Below are positions 8,327 through 17,454 of a DNA stretch of 45,077 nucleotides, piece after piece. Source of the stretch: an uncultured Candidatus Saccharibacteria bacterium (lineage in GTDB: Bacteria > Patescibacteriota > Minisyncoccia > Phycocordibacterales > UBA2100); the NCBI GenBank assembly GCA_964351105.1, contig CAYGMC010000002.1:11010-56086 (forward strand), given 5' to 3'. How positions within the stretch are numbered: the first letter of the stretch is position 1; the number at the start of each line of letters is the position of its first letter. The notes below the pieces were generated by a model. The model was given only the letters and a program-made list of their open reading frames with translations, had not been told where the DNA came from and made no database searches. Made by a program: the position numbers and the translations under genes.

Positions 8327-8459
8327 TCAAATCAAATACCTCCTCGGTGTTTGTTTCTATCGGACCGATTGAGGGTTGAAGCACCTGTTTTGCTTTCCTC
8401 CGCAATTGATTCCCCCAGCCCATCGAATTCGTTTTTTTACGAAATCGGAAAAGTCTCGT

Positions 8460-9746
8460 TTATAGCGACGGCAGATAGTTTTGAGGATTCAAATAACCAG
8501 AAAGTGGCACCACTGGCATGGTCGCGTTTGCACACGGTGTTTTAGTCTGGGTGGCGCTACCGAGCGACATGATTTGAGTGGCCAAGGCTACATATACGCC
8601 AAAATGAAGGTGTGGGCCTGTGGCGTAGCCTGTCTCGCCGCTGTAGCCGATGACCTGACCAGTCGACACCGAATCCCCTTGTTTGACACTGATTTGCGAG
8701 AAGTGTGCATACATCGTGCCGAGCCCGTTGTTGTGACGCACAAACACCCATTTGCCGAATGAATAGCATCCTTTGACAGTATCGGTATTTCCGGTACCGA
8801 CGACCGTGCCTGAGAGCGCGGCACGGATGGGTGTACCAATAGGAGCCGCAAAATCCATACCGTTGTGACCTTTGCCATTGTAGGCACCACTTGCCGCAAA
8901 AGCGGTGTTGCCAAAGTACTGTGTGATACGCACGTCATCAAGCGGCCAGCGCAAAATGCCTCTACCGGGCGACGTGATTTTTGAAGGATCGACCGTGTAG
9001 CGCAGTTTTTCTTGGAGGTCGTTGAGCGCCATCTCAAAAGCTGCCTCCTGCGCCTTCTTTTGGGCAATAATTGCCTGGTAGGTCGATTCTTGTGATTTGG
9101 TTTGCGCGAGCAATTCGCTCTGCGCTTGCTTGGTCGCGTTCAAAGAACCCTGTTGTGTTAGCAGTGTGTCCTTTTGCTTTACCAATTGCGCTCTTTTCTC
9201 CTCCGTCTCGACCTTTGTGTCGGTAAGTACTTGTTTTTCAGATTTTAGACTCGTCATGTGCGCCCGAATCGCGTTCTGGATTGACTGAGATGCCGCGATG
9301 TCATTCCACAAGGCGGCCATATTGCCGTCTGACAAAACATGCACGGCAAACGAGCGAGATTCTTGTTCTGCCAGAGTGCGGATCGATTGCCCAAGACCCG
9401 CGGCTTCGCTATCGATAGAGCCCTGTGTCTTTGAAATATTTTTCCCCAGCTGTTCTATTTGAAGCTCGGTAGAGCTGATCTGCTTTTTGGTACGCTCAAT
9501 CGATGCAGTTGTCGTCTTGATAGACAGACTCAATTGCGCGAGTTGATTTTGAAGTGTTTGTTTTTTGGCCGACGTAACGGAAAGTTGTCTCTGATATTGA
9601 GCAATCTCTTTGTCGAGCTCCGCGATCTGTGCACTGTGTTGTCTGATCTGTTCTTGAAGATGACTGGAGGTATCAGCGAATGCAACGATGGGTGCGCATG
9701 TCAGTGCCCAAAGCACGACACTCATGTGCCAAACCTTGGTGGTCAT
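8460..9746 (-). CDS. M23-family metallopeptidase with a long N-terminal coiled coil (EnvC-like murein endopeptidase or activator)
   Basis: Signal peptide, then Q/E/K-rich heptad region. The M23 motifs GHNGMDFAAPIGTPI (HxxxD) and GYATGPHLHFGVY (HxH) are present. An ATGA overlap joins it to the gltX stop. Confidence 0.85.
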   Translation of the reverse strand: MTTKVWHMSVVLWALTCAPIVAFADTSSHLQEQIRQHSAQIAELDKEIAQYQRQLSVTSAKKQTLQNQLAQLSLSIKTTTASIERTKKQISSTELQIEQLGKNISKTQGSIDSEAAGLGQSIRTLAEQESRSFAVHVLSDGNMAALWNDIAASQSIQNAIRAHMTSLKSEKQVLTDTKVETEEKRAQLVKQKDTLLTQQGSLNATKQAQSELLAQTKSQESTYQAIIAQKKAQEAAFEMALNDLQEKLRYTVDPSKITSPGRGILRWPLDDVRITQYFGNTAFAASGAYNGKGHNGMDFAAPIGTPIRAALSGTVVGTGNTDTVKGCYSFGKWVFVRHNNGLGTMYAHFSQISVKQGDSVSTGQVIGYSGETGYATGPHLHFGVYVALATQIMSLGSATQTKTPCANATMPVVPLSGYLNPQNYLPSL

Positions 9747-11107
9747 AGATTTTCGAGGGCCTTGATCGCAGTACCAACACGGTGCATCGTAATCGATTTA
9801 CCTATCGTGGAAGCAATAAAGAATGGATCGGCACTTTTTTCTATTCCTGAAAGTGCGTACCGAAAAGGCCATAACACATTTCCACGTCCGTGTAAAGTGG
9901 CATATTCCCAGAGCGCGGTCTTAAGCGCGTCCCCACTCCATTGTGCATCAGGATGTCCCTCGAGTGTCGCGTATATGTAACGCAGGTGAACAAGAGCAGT
10001 ATGTGGCTCAGACTTCTTCTCAGGGATGCGTACTGCTTCAGGCGCTGGGTCACGAAAAAAGAAATCCAACTCCCCCGTTTGGACCATTTCGTCGATATCC
10101 GAGATAACACTAATTCGTTCTCGAATGAGCGGGACAAGCTGACGGCCAATTGTTTCGTCCCACGGAAGTGGGCGCTCTTCGATGCATGGTTTCAAGGTAG
10201 ACACGATCGAATGTAGTAGGGCATCTTCATTTTGTTGGAGCAGGTAGTGACGATTGTACCAACGAAGTTTGTCCACATCAAAAACAGCACCGCTTCTGTG
10301 TAAATCGCCAAGATGGAATTCCCCAACCATCTCATTCAACGACATTACTTCCCTTCTTGATGGCGGCGTCCAGCCCAACAGAGCGATATAATTGAGCAGT
10401 GCTTCGGAGAGATATCCCTTTTCACGATAACTTTTTAGCGAAACATCTCCCGTGCGTTTGGAAAGTTTGGAGCGATCAGAACCAAGATGCAATGGATAGT
10501 GTGCGTAGGAAGGTCGCTCAAGCCCAAGCGCTTCTTGTATGAGGATTTGGCGTGGAGTATTTGAGATATGATCTTCGCCTCGAATAACGTGCGTGATTCC
10601 CATATCAGCGTCGTCTACCACGACCGCCAAGTGGTAGAGAGGGTCGTCTATCGAGCGCGCTATGACGAAATCGTGGAGCTCCGTGGTGTCGAAAGTAATC
10701 TCACCCCTGATTATGTCGGTAAACGTTATACTCCTACCAGGATTCTTGAGTCGCACGGGATGTACCTGTACACCGGGCTCTTTCTTGCTCTCCTCTTCGG
10801 ATATGTAGGCCTTCTCTTCTTTGATGAGTTGTTCGATGGATGCGCGGTATATATCGGTACGCTCTGATTGCCGGTAGAATTCATCCCACGACAGCCCAAG
10901 CCATGTGAGACTTTCGGTAATGTCAGTTTCGAATTGTCGCGAACTCCGTTCCTGATCGGTGTCTTCGCTCCGAAAGGTAATACGACCGCCATGTCTGCGC
11001 GCAAAGAGATAATTCAAAATCGCCATGCGTGCGGTACCCACATGGCAAAACCCTGTGGGAGAAGGCGGGAATCGTACGCGCACTTCCTTTGTGGATTCGC
11101 TACTCAT
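9743..11107 (-). CDS. gltX: Glutamate--tRNA ligase
   Basis: Contains VRVRFPPSPTGFCHVGTARMAILNY (HIGH) and KLSKR (KMSKS). The start is trimmed to the ATG at 11107 (MSSESTKEV), which forms an ATGA overlap with the murG stop. The 91-aa extension in the ORF track overlaps murG. Confidence 0.92.
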   Translation of the reverse strand: MSSESTKEVRVRFPPSPTGFCHVGTARMAILNYLFARRHGGRITFRSEDTDQERSSRQFETDITESLTWLGLSWDEFYRQSERTDIYRASIEQLIKEEKAYISEEESKKEPGVQVHPVRLKNPGRSITFTDIIRGEITFDTTELHDFVIARSIDDPLYHLAVVVDDADMGITHVIRGEDHISNTPRQILIQEALGLERPSYAHYPLHLGSDRSKLSKRTGDVSLKSYREKGYLSEALLNYIALLGWTPPSRREVMSLNEMVGEFHLGDLHRSGAVFDVDKLRWYNRHYLLQQNEDALLHSIVSTLKPCIEERPLPWDETIGRQLVPLIRERISVISDIDEMVQTGELDFFFRDPAPEAVRIPEKKSEPHTALVHLRYIYATLEGHPDAQWSGDALKTALWEYATLHGRGNVLWPFRYALSGIEKSADPFFIASTIGKSITMHRVGTAIKALENL

Positions 11108-12246
11108 ATGGGTTGGTGCTGAACACCGATATCTACGAGCATACGAGCGATTTTTTTTGCGGCGTCTGGTTGTGCAAAGCTTTTGCCAGCGGCGGACATT
11201 TTTTCTCGCAGGGCGGAATCGGACATGATGCGATCGATCTCTGCGGACAAAAGATGGGGAGTAAGATTGCGTTGTTCGATAACAGAAGCCGCGCCAGAGC
11301 GTGCGTAGGAGAAAGCGTTTTCTGTCTGGTCGTGTGCAACGTGCTGTGGTATCGGAATGAGTATTGCAGGCAGGCCCCACGATGCTATTTCAAATATCGT
11401 ACCACTACCCGCGCGAGCGACCACAATGTTCGCTGAACCTGCCGCCATACGCAAAGCGAGCGTATTGAGTAGTCCAAATGGACGATAGCGGCTTGCATAA
11501 GGAGAGTCCTTGAGTGCTACTGAAGCGATGCCTTTTACTTCTTCAATGTGTGCCGTGCCGGTTTGGTGGACGACATTGTATCGAGTGACGAGGTCCGAAA
11601 GTGCGTCAAGGACTGTCTCGTTGATGACGCGAGCACCCTGTGAGCCACCTACGATGAGAACTACCGGTGCTGATTGGTCGAGTTGGAGAAATTCAAATCC
11701 TCCCTCGTGCGCCACACCCGCTATTTCTTTGCGAATCGGATGTCCGACGCGCGCTATTTTGTCGCGGACGCGAGCAGGAAATTGCGCCGCCGCATCGGGA
11801 TGGGCGACTGCTATCGCACGGGCAAATGTTGACGACCATGTTGATACACGGCCAGGTTTGGAATCCGCATCGTAGATAATGACTGGAATCCGCAATATTC
11901 GTGCAGCAACAAGAGCCGGAAATGCCGCATATCCTCCCGTGGAAAATATCACATCAGGATAGAGGGTAAACATTTGTGGAATTGCGCGGATAATACCGAC
12001 AACAGTCTTTAGCGCATCGAAAATATTGACTGCACTCCCCCATCGTCGCATTTTTCCCGCCGTACCTGCTTTGTATGCTATATCGTGCTCGAGCAACGTT
12101 GGTGGATCAAAAGCCGGAGGACCAATATAGTACAATTCTGGCTCAACAAGCGTTCTCTCTTCGCAGAGGTCCTCTATAGCCTCGGCGACCGCAATGAGCG
12201 GATAAAAATGCCCACCTGTTCCCCCACCTACCAATACGATTCTCAT
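11104..12246 (-). CDS. murG: UDP-GlcNAc:lipid I N-acetylglucosaminyltransferase MurG
   Basis: MRIVLVGGGTGGHFYPLIAVAEAI.., a GT28 N-terminal G-loop, and a C-terminal ..ARAGSGTIFEIASWGLPAILIP..DQTENA region. Confidence 0.93.
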   Translation of the reverse strand: MRIVLVGGGTGGHFYPLIAVAEAIEDLCEERTLVEPELYYIGPPAFDPPTLLEHDIAYKAGTAGKMRRWGSAVNIFDALKTVVGIIRAIPQMFTLYPDVIFSTGGYAAFPALVAARILRIPVIIYDADSKPGRVSTWSSTFARAIAVAHPDAAAQFPARVRDKIARVGHPIRKEIAGVAHEGGFEFLQLDQSAPVVLIVGGSQGARVINETVLDALSDLVTRYNVVHQTGTAHIEEVKGIASVALKDSPYASRYRPFGLLNTLALRMAAGSANIVVARAGSGTIFEIASWGLPAILIPIPQHVAHDQTENAFSYARSGAASVIEQRNLTPHLLSAEIDRIMSDSALREKMSAAGKSFAQPDAAKKIARMLVDIGVQHQPI

Positions 12247-12252
12247 CCCCCC

Positions 12253-12261
12253 ATTTTACCA
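12253..12261 (-). promoter_or_regulatory. Extended -10 box TGGTAAAAT, 6 nt upstream of the murG ATG
   Basis: The minus strand reads TGGTAAAAT-GGGGGG-ATG(12246). It lies in the 18-nt gap after the 1061-aa gene. Confidence 0.4.
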
Positions 12262-12264
12262 CCC

Positions 12265-15200
12265 TTATCTACTTACCAAACTATTCAACACCCCTCTCGT
12301 CTGCTCCCCTACACTGCCCACGGGTTCAAGATTGTGCGCTGCCTGGAGTGCTTTCACCGCTTCTTCGGTGAGAGGGCCGTAATTATCTGATGGTTCACCT
12401 TTGAAGAAGCCGAGAGTAGTGAGACGGAGTTGGAGCTGGAAGACTTCTGCTCCTCGTGAACCTCTCCAGAGGTTGCGGGTGAAGTGGAATGTGTCTGATG
12501 ATTCTGTGGTGTCAGAGGACAGGGCGGTGGCGGCGTTGGCGAGATTGGCAGTTTGCGAGTCTGCAGTGGTGGGCGAAGGACACGTCATCGTCTTTTGCGG
12601 CTGTACAAAAGCGACTTTGGTATTGGTGGTGGTGTCCACTCCATATCCACGGAAGGTGTGTGCGATGCCATCTTTGAGACTTGCGGGGAATGGCATGTAG
12701 ATGCCGTGATTACCGGTGATACCTTTTGCGGTGTTTATTCCTGCATGTGCGGCATTGGCCACAGAGCTGTAGAGTATGCCTTTCTCGTCTTCGATTCTGA
12801 CGATGATTGAGGTGGCGGGAGCGTCTGGATCGTATGCCCAGCCCCAGAAGCTTGAGCAGTTGCCGTCGAGATAACCGAGAGGTGGGTTGTTGACTGGTGG
12901 TGGTGGAGAGCAGGTGATGGTGCGGGGGCTTGATGTCAACACCGTGCTAGCCCCTCTCGCGGCGCTGTCGATGGCATGGATTTTGAGCGTGTGCGGTTTG
13001 CCGTCCTTCAAGCTCAAGGGAGTAGGTATGGAGAAGCCGTGATTCCCACTCACCTTCATGATTGTGTTGACATCTGAACGCGACTTATCTGCTTTTGCCA
13101 CTGTAATCGCTCTGTTTCCTTCGTACACAAGCACATCAACCGATGTTCTCGAACTATCGGGGTCGTATGACCAACCCCAAAGAGCTGAACAGGTTGCGCC
13201 GTCGAAGTAGCCGAGTGGGAGTTTGTTTAAGCTGATTGGCGCTTCGATAGTAACAGTCTTTGTATCAAGCAGTGCATTGGTGCGTGTGTCGTAGAGCTTG
13301 ATGTTGTGAGTGCCAGCTCCCCACATACGAACTCCGCTTGTGTAGCTTGTGGGACTGCCGTCGTCGTACATGTTGGATTCGCTTCCACCCTGTTGCGTGG
13401 ACGTAACACGCACTCCTTGTGGCGTGTTTGCGCTTGCCCAACTGAATCTAAACGCGCAAGTTGTGGCTCCTGTTGGAACAGTACAAGTGGTAGCGGTAAT
13501 GTTTCCTGTGGGGCCACCGACAGGTACATTCTGAGAGACAACCGAGATCTTTTGGTACGGATTATTGACTTGCCTTTTACCGGCATCCCCAAATGATTCC
13601 CAGAGGGTGAGATAATATCCCCCACGTGATAGATTTTTTGTAATACTGCCAGAAAATCCGCCCAGTGTTTGCGTTTCCATTTTTAAATCATCGCCAAAAA
13701 GACCAGTGAATGTTGTATCAAGGATTAGTGTGCTGCCACTCTTTTGCGGCCAATTCCATGTAAAGGTAACGGGGCAGGATAAAACATCACCAGAAGTAGG
13801 GCATGGAGCAGTTTGGGATGCAGTAAGCGGCGATACGCTATTTGGCGTGACGAGTGATTGTGTTGGACTGGGCCACGGGGCGAGCCATGCGTTCAATACA
13901 TCAAAATTTTGCGGAGTGAGAGGCGCGAAAGAAAAACGCACGGTAGCCGCACCTGGTTTTTGAGGAATGGCCGTTAGCTTGTGAACAAATACACTCGAGG
14001 CGTACACAGAACCTGATATGTTGTGATATATTCCGGCGTCATCTTGCACACTATCTCCCCACAAGACATTGCCGCTTGTATCCAATATCTGAATAGTAAC
14101 TTGTATTTTTTTGTTATCGTATGTAGGCGTGGAATATGCTTGTATGCCGAAAGCATAGCTTTGTCCGAGCGAAAAACGATGTATCGGTATATCTTGATAT
14201 ATAAATTGCACACCGGCACCCCCACACCTTCCATCAGAGCCAGCACCACAATTGGTCTTCAGGTATCGCACACCTACGGGAGAATATGCTTTGTCGTGGG
14301 TAACAGAAGAATTATTGAGTGTCCAATTGATGAGATTGCCCGCGGGGCTTGTCCCTGCTCGTTTCCATGCCGGTTCAAGTGCCGTAAAGTGCGGATTCTG
14401 TAGTAAATTAACGTTTGGTATGGGCCAAACGGGAATCTCACTCGATGATGCAAGAATCACGTCTGTCCAATCACGACAATCCGTGACGACAAAAGAGATG
14501 CCTTTGTAGTTTCTTGTGGGTGATCCGGAACAAGCAGTCGCATCGCCAGTTTTGTTTTGGGCAACTGGAGTCCACACTTCCCAGCGTGTAATGCCATATT
14601 CTTTTGTAAAGTAGAAAACCTCGATATGACCGTCGTTTAAAAAGTAGTTCCCTGTCTGGAAGCCATGGTAAGAAATCATAGTATCCATGATTTTTCTGCC
14701 ATAATTCAAATCGCCAAAAGGAAATGCTGTCTTTAATTCCCATTCTGTCAGACTGTCGTTTGTGTATCCAGATGGACATGCTCCTGGAAAGTCTTGCCCA
14801 CTCTGTTCCCAATACACGCCTGCAATAGGAAGATACGCTTGCCCTCCTGCCAGAAAGCCGGTGGATGGAAACAATCCCCATCCACCACCGATCGAGCAAT
14901 TTTTACCAAAGAACGTAGTCCCATATCCGCCACCGTCACTCGTGTTGTGTGCACTCACCCACCCGTCTTTTATTGCATATACATCATAGCCGTCGGTGCC
15001 TCCAGAAAAAGTGAAAGAATTGTAGGGATAATGATCAAAATTTGCAACAATCAGGATGTTCCCAGTCAGGTCTTGTATCGGAAATGAATCTCTTTGCTGC
15101 ACTCCTCTCTGGTCTCTATTGTGGTATGGAAGAGGCTCACCGACGCGGATTTTTCGTATGGAAGATCCATTGGGGCAACCATCATACGGATCTGCGCGCA

Positions 15201-15450
15201 AAAGATTGTTTTGAGCGTCGACACAGACGCTTTTTACTAACCAGTTGTAAGGGTCATTAGAATCAAGTGCAGACACCGTACTATCAGCCGAAACTAAAAC
15301 GGGCAAAAACAAAAAGCCTGAAAGTGCAGAGAAAACAACGAGAAAGAATGCTTTGGAGTCGTGAGAATAATGAGGCACACTCACATTATACACTTTACAC
15401 ACTGACAAACGTGCAGATAACGCAATACGTATGGCCGCAGGGGTAGCCAA
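12265..15450 (-). CDS. Large secreted protein: unknown N-terminal domain, CBM-like beta-sandwich, 2 copies of the ~100-aa Cys-bounded module, and a C-terminal peptidoglycan-binding (PG_binding_1-like) domain
   Basis: The ORF-track start at 15450 is TTG. A GTG at 15378 (VPHYSHDSKAFFLVVFSALSGFLFLPVLVSA) gives a textbook signal peptide. The PG-binding repeat WRGSRGAEVFQLQLRLTTLGFF..YGPLTEEAVKALQAAHNL lies at ~12277-12486. Confidence 0.8.
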   Translation of the reverse strand: MATPAAIRIALSARLSVCKVYNVSVPHYSHDSKAFFLVVFSALSGFLFLPVLVSADSTVSALDSNDPYNWLVKSVCVDAQNNLLRADPYDGCPNGSSIRKIRVGEPLPYHNRDQRGVQQRDSFPIQDLTGNILIVANFDHYPYNSFTFSGGTDGYDVYAIKDGWVSAHNTSDGGGYGTTFFGKNCSIGGGWGLFPSTGFLAGGQAYLPIAGVYWEQSGQDFPGACPSGYTNDSLTEWELKTAFPFGDLNYGRKIMDTMISYHGFQTGNYFLNDGHIEVFYFTKEYGITRWEVWTPVAQNKTGDATACSGSPTRNYKGISFVVTDCRDWTDVILASSSEIPVWPIPNVNLLQNPHFTALEPAWKRAGTSPAGNLINWTLNNSSVTHDKAYSPVGVRYLKTNCGAGSDGRCGGAGVQFIYQDIPIHRFSLGQSYAFGIQAYSTPTYDNKKIQVTIQILDTSGNVLWGDSVQDDAGIYHNISGSVYASSVFVHKLTAIPQKPGAATVRFSFAPLTPQNFDVLNAWLAPWPSPTQSLVTPNSVSPLTASQTAPCPTSGDVLSCPVTFTWNWPQKSGSTLILDTTFTGLFGDDLKMETQTLGGFSGSITKNLSRGGYYLTLWESFGDAGKRQVNNPYQKISVVSQNVPVGGPTGNITATTCTVPTGATTCAFRFSWASANTPQGVRVTSTQQGGSESNMYDDGSPTSYTSGVRMWGAGTHNIKLYDTRTNALLDTKTVTIEAPISLNKLPLGYFDGATCSALWGWSYDPDSSRTSVDVLVYEGNRAITVAKADKSRSDVNTIMKVSGNHGFSIPTPLSLKDGKPHTLKIHAIDSAARGASTVLTSSPRTITCSPPPPVNNPPLGYLDGNCSSFWGWAYDPDAPATSIIVRIEDEKGILYSSVANAAHAGINTAKGITGNHGIYMPFPASLKDGIAHTFRGYGVDTTTNTKVAFVQPQKTMTCPSPTTADSQTANLANAATALSSDTTESSDTFHFTRNLWRGSRGAEVFQLQLRLTTLGFFKGEPSDNYGPLTEEAVKALQAAHNLEPVGSVGEQTRGVLNSLVSR
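12580..13221 (-). repeat. Two tandem ~100-aa Cys-bounded modules (GY[FL]DG..C...WGW.YDPD..GNHG[FI]..SLKDG..H..T[IM]TC)
   Basis: These are aa 744-847 and 856-957 of the 1061-aa ORF. They are collinear with nt 17464-18105 of the 991-aa gene. Confidence 0.8.
12782..12924. repeat. 143-bp stretch 100% identical to 17666-17808
   Basis: A base-by-base comparison of both copies shows no mismatch. The first mismatches are at 12781/17665 and 12925/17809. The stretch encodes ..TITCSPPPPVNNPPLGYLDGNCSSFWGWAYDPDAPATSIIVRIEDEKG. Confidence 0.95.
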
Positions 15451-15452
15451 GG

Positions 15453-17366
15453 TTATTTAGCGATTACTCCAGAAGTCCAGGCGAAGTTGTCGGAAACATC
15501 AACAGCCTTTACGTTGACTGCACTTCCGTTATTTACAGCGCCTAGTTTAAAGACGATAGAGCAAGCCGGTGGCGTGGGGGTCGGTGTTTTAGGGGTGCAC
15601 GTCTTCTTCAAGACTCCACCGACCAGTATCTGGATTTGCCTAACGGCTACGTTGTCAGTCGCCAGAGCAGTAATCGTATACTGCGTCCTACTAGTTTGCT
15701 GATTGGTAGTGATGGCGATTGTTGGTGGAGTTGACTCCAGCACTCCGGTAGAAATACTTGCAGTATTGCTGAACGTGGAGTTGCCGGAGCTGTTGTAAGC
15801 AGTAACTCGATAGTAATACGTCGTATTTGGTACCAAACTAATATCGTACCAGCTCGTAATGTTGGCTCCGACGGAAGTATAGCTCGTATAGTTGATTCCA
15901 TCTAGAGACCTATGTATATAAAACCCAGTTTCGTCATTTGAATTATCTGTCCAAGAGAGCTCTGCACGTAAATTCGAGAGCAGTGTGGCAGTAAGAGCAG
16001 TCGGAGCGGTTGGCAGTATAACGGGAGTAGGGGGAGGTGTTACGGGCGTGCTACTACTAAACCCAGCGACAATCGACGAAGTCAGGTTAGCTGTCCGCGC
16101 ATTATCTCTTTGGTCAGCTATCCCAGTAGGGTAACTGGCGTAAGATACAGACGGGTTTGAGAAGTGAGCGACTCGGGGACAACCCGATGGACAATTGTAA
16201 GACATCACTGTTTTAAATACGCCATCTAGATAGTGTCCATACGACCAGGGGTAAGAAGATCCACTGGCATTTGCGGGATCATGCGCCATACCCATATTGT
16301 GACCATTCTCATGCGCGTAGGTCAGGTTTCCGACAGCGCATGACCTCGCTGTTACTTGGAACGCGTAAGGAGCAAAAGATGAGGCCGGTGTGCTCATCAT
16401 ATAACCAACACCACAATAGCCCCCGCCATTTTCGACAATGAGAGACACCATATCGGCAGAGTACTGCTGGCGCAGTGCTGCTACCGCGGAGTTTGTTTGC
16501 ACCCAATTCAAGTCGGCAACGCTGTTACCAGAATCGTTGTACGCTGCTTCGGCTGTCGCTACCAAGTTAAAACGAGTGCTCACCTGGCTGTTTGCGAAAG
16601 CGACGTTGGCGTGATCAACAGCCGCTTGAATCAGAGTATCAATCTGCCCAGCGCCTCCTGCTGCAGTCATAGCCTGGGGAGTATAGACCGAGAGCACATC
16701 GATTTGCACTACATCACCAGCAGTGACGCTGATACTATCGACTGTTTGGCTACCTCCGCTCTGCACGTCGCTTTTTATATCATGGGGCGCAATTGGATCC
16801 TTTTCTGCTGGAAAGAGTTTCGGATCTATCTTTTCGATTATATGGTCTGTTCCCTCGTGCGGTCTGACTTCATATAATTCGCCACCAGTCCTAATAACTC
16901 CGGCCAAGAAACCATTCTTAAGAGTCAAGCTTACTTCAGAATCAGCTCGACCCTCCACAGTTCCCCTCCAATGCACGTTACCCAATTGACGTCTCTCGAA
17001 GGATTTTTGATTTATTACGATTGTTTTTCCATCGGGCAACTTTACTTGCATTCTTGGAGCGCCTCGTTCGACTTTTTCAGAATCAGTACTAAGCAAGTTA
17101 GCGGCAAGACCAAAAGGGCCAACCTCCATATTAACTGGCTTACCAACAAAAAGATGAGGTAACGTCATAGACTCTTCCTGAGCCATTATAGCCGCATAGA
17201 GCGCGGCTTGTTCATTGAACTCAATATTAGTGTTATACAAAAAAGAGCTAGCCCACAAAATTGCCAAAAATAAGACGGCGAGGTGAAGCGGAGTTTGTGC
17301 AGCATTGGCGTGCCAACGAGCGTACCAAGTAAATCTATTGGATAAGTTTTCGTGCAGTTTCTTCAT
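15453..17366 (-). CDS. Secreted or membrane-anchored metzincin-type zinc metalloprotease with a fibronectin type III domain and a C-terminal Ig-like domain
   Basis: HENGHNMGMAHD (HExxHxxGxxHD) lies at nt 16278-16313. The FN3 domain reads LTATLLSNLRAELSWTDNSNDETGFYIHRS..YYYRVTAYNSSG. The start is trimmed to the ATG at 17366 (MKKLHEN..), which is followed by a TM/signal anchor. Confidence 0.85.
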   Translation of the reverse strand: MKKLHENLSNRFTWYARWHANAAQTPLHLAVLFLAILWASSFLYNTNIEFNEQAALYAAIMAQEESMTLPHLFVGKPVNMEVGPFGLAANLLSTDSEKVERGAPRMQVKLPDGKTIVINQKSFERRQLGNVHWRGTVEGRADSEVSLTLKNGFLAGVIRTGGELYEVRPHEGTDHIIEKIDPKLFPAEKDPIAPHDIKSDVQSGGSQTVDSISVTAGDVVQIDVLSVYTPQAMTAAGGAGQIDTLIQAAVDHANVAFANSQVSTRFNLVATAEAAYNDSGNSVADLNWVQTNSAVAALRQQYSADMVSLIVENGGGYCGVGYMMSTPASSFAPYAFQVTARSCAVGNLTYAHENGHNMGMAHDPANASGSSYPWSYGHYLDGVFKTVMSYNCPSGCPRVAHFSNPSVSYASYPTGIADQRDNARTANLTSSIVAGFSSSTPVTPPPTPVILPTAPTALTATLLSNLRAELSWTDNSNDETGFYIHRSLDGINYTSYTSVGANITSWYDISLVPNTTYYYRVTAYNSSGNSTFSNTASISTGVLESTPPTIAITTNQQTSRTQYTITALATDNVAVRQIQILVGGVLKKTCTPKTPTPTPPACSIVFKLGAVNNGSAVNVKAVDVSDNFAWTSGVIAK

Positions 17367-17454
17367 GCAATCATCACCATGGTACCCACCCACACCAACA
17401 GACGCTAGCCTGATCTGTTGATAAGTAAACCGACCTACTTACGAGACGCGACTA

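Noticed and set aside
11108-11380. 91-aa N-terminal extension of gltX in the ORF track
   Set aside because: It overlaps the 3' end of murG and is Arg-rich and non-homologous to GluRS. The ATG at 11107 forms an ATGA coupling with the murG stop and lies 11 codons upstream of the canonical ..RVRFPPSPTG.. segment.
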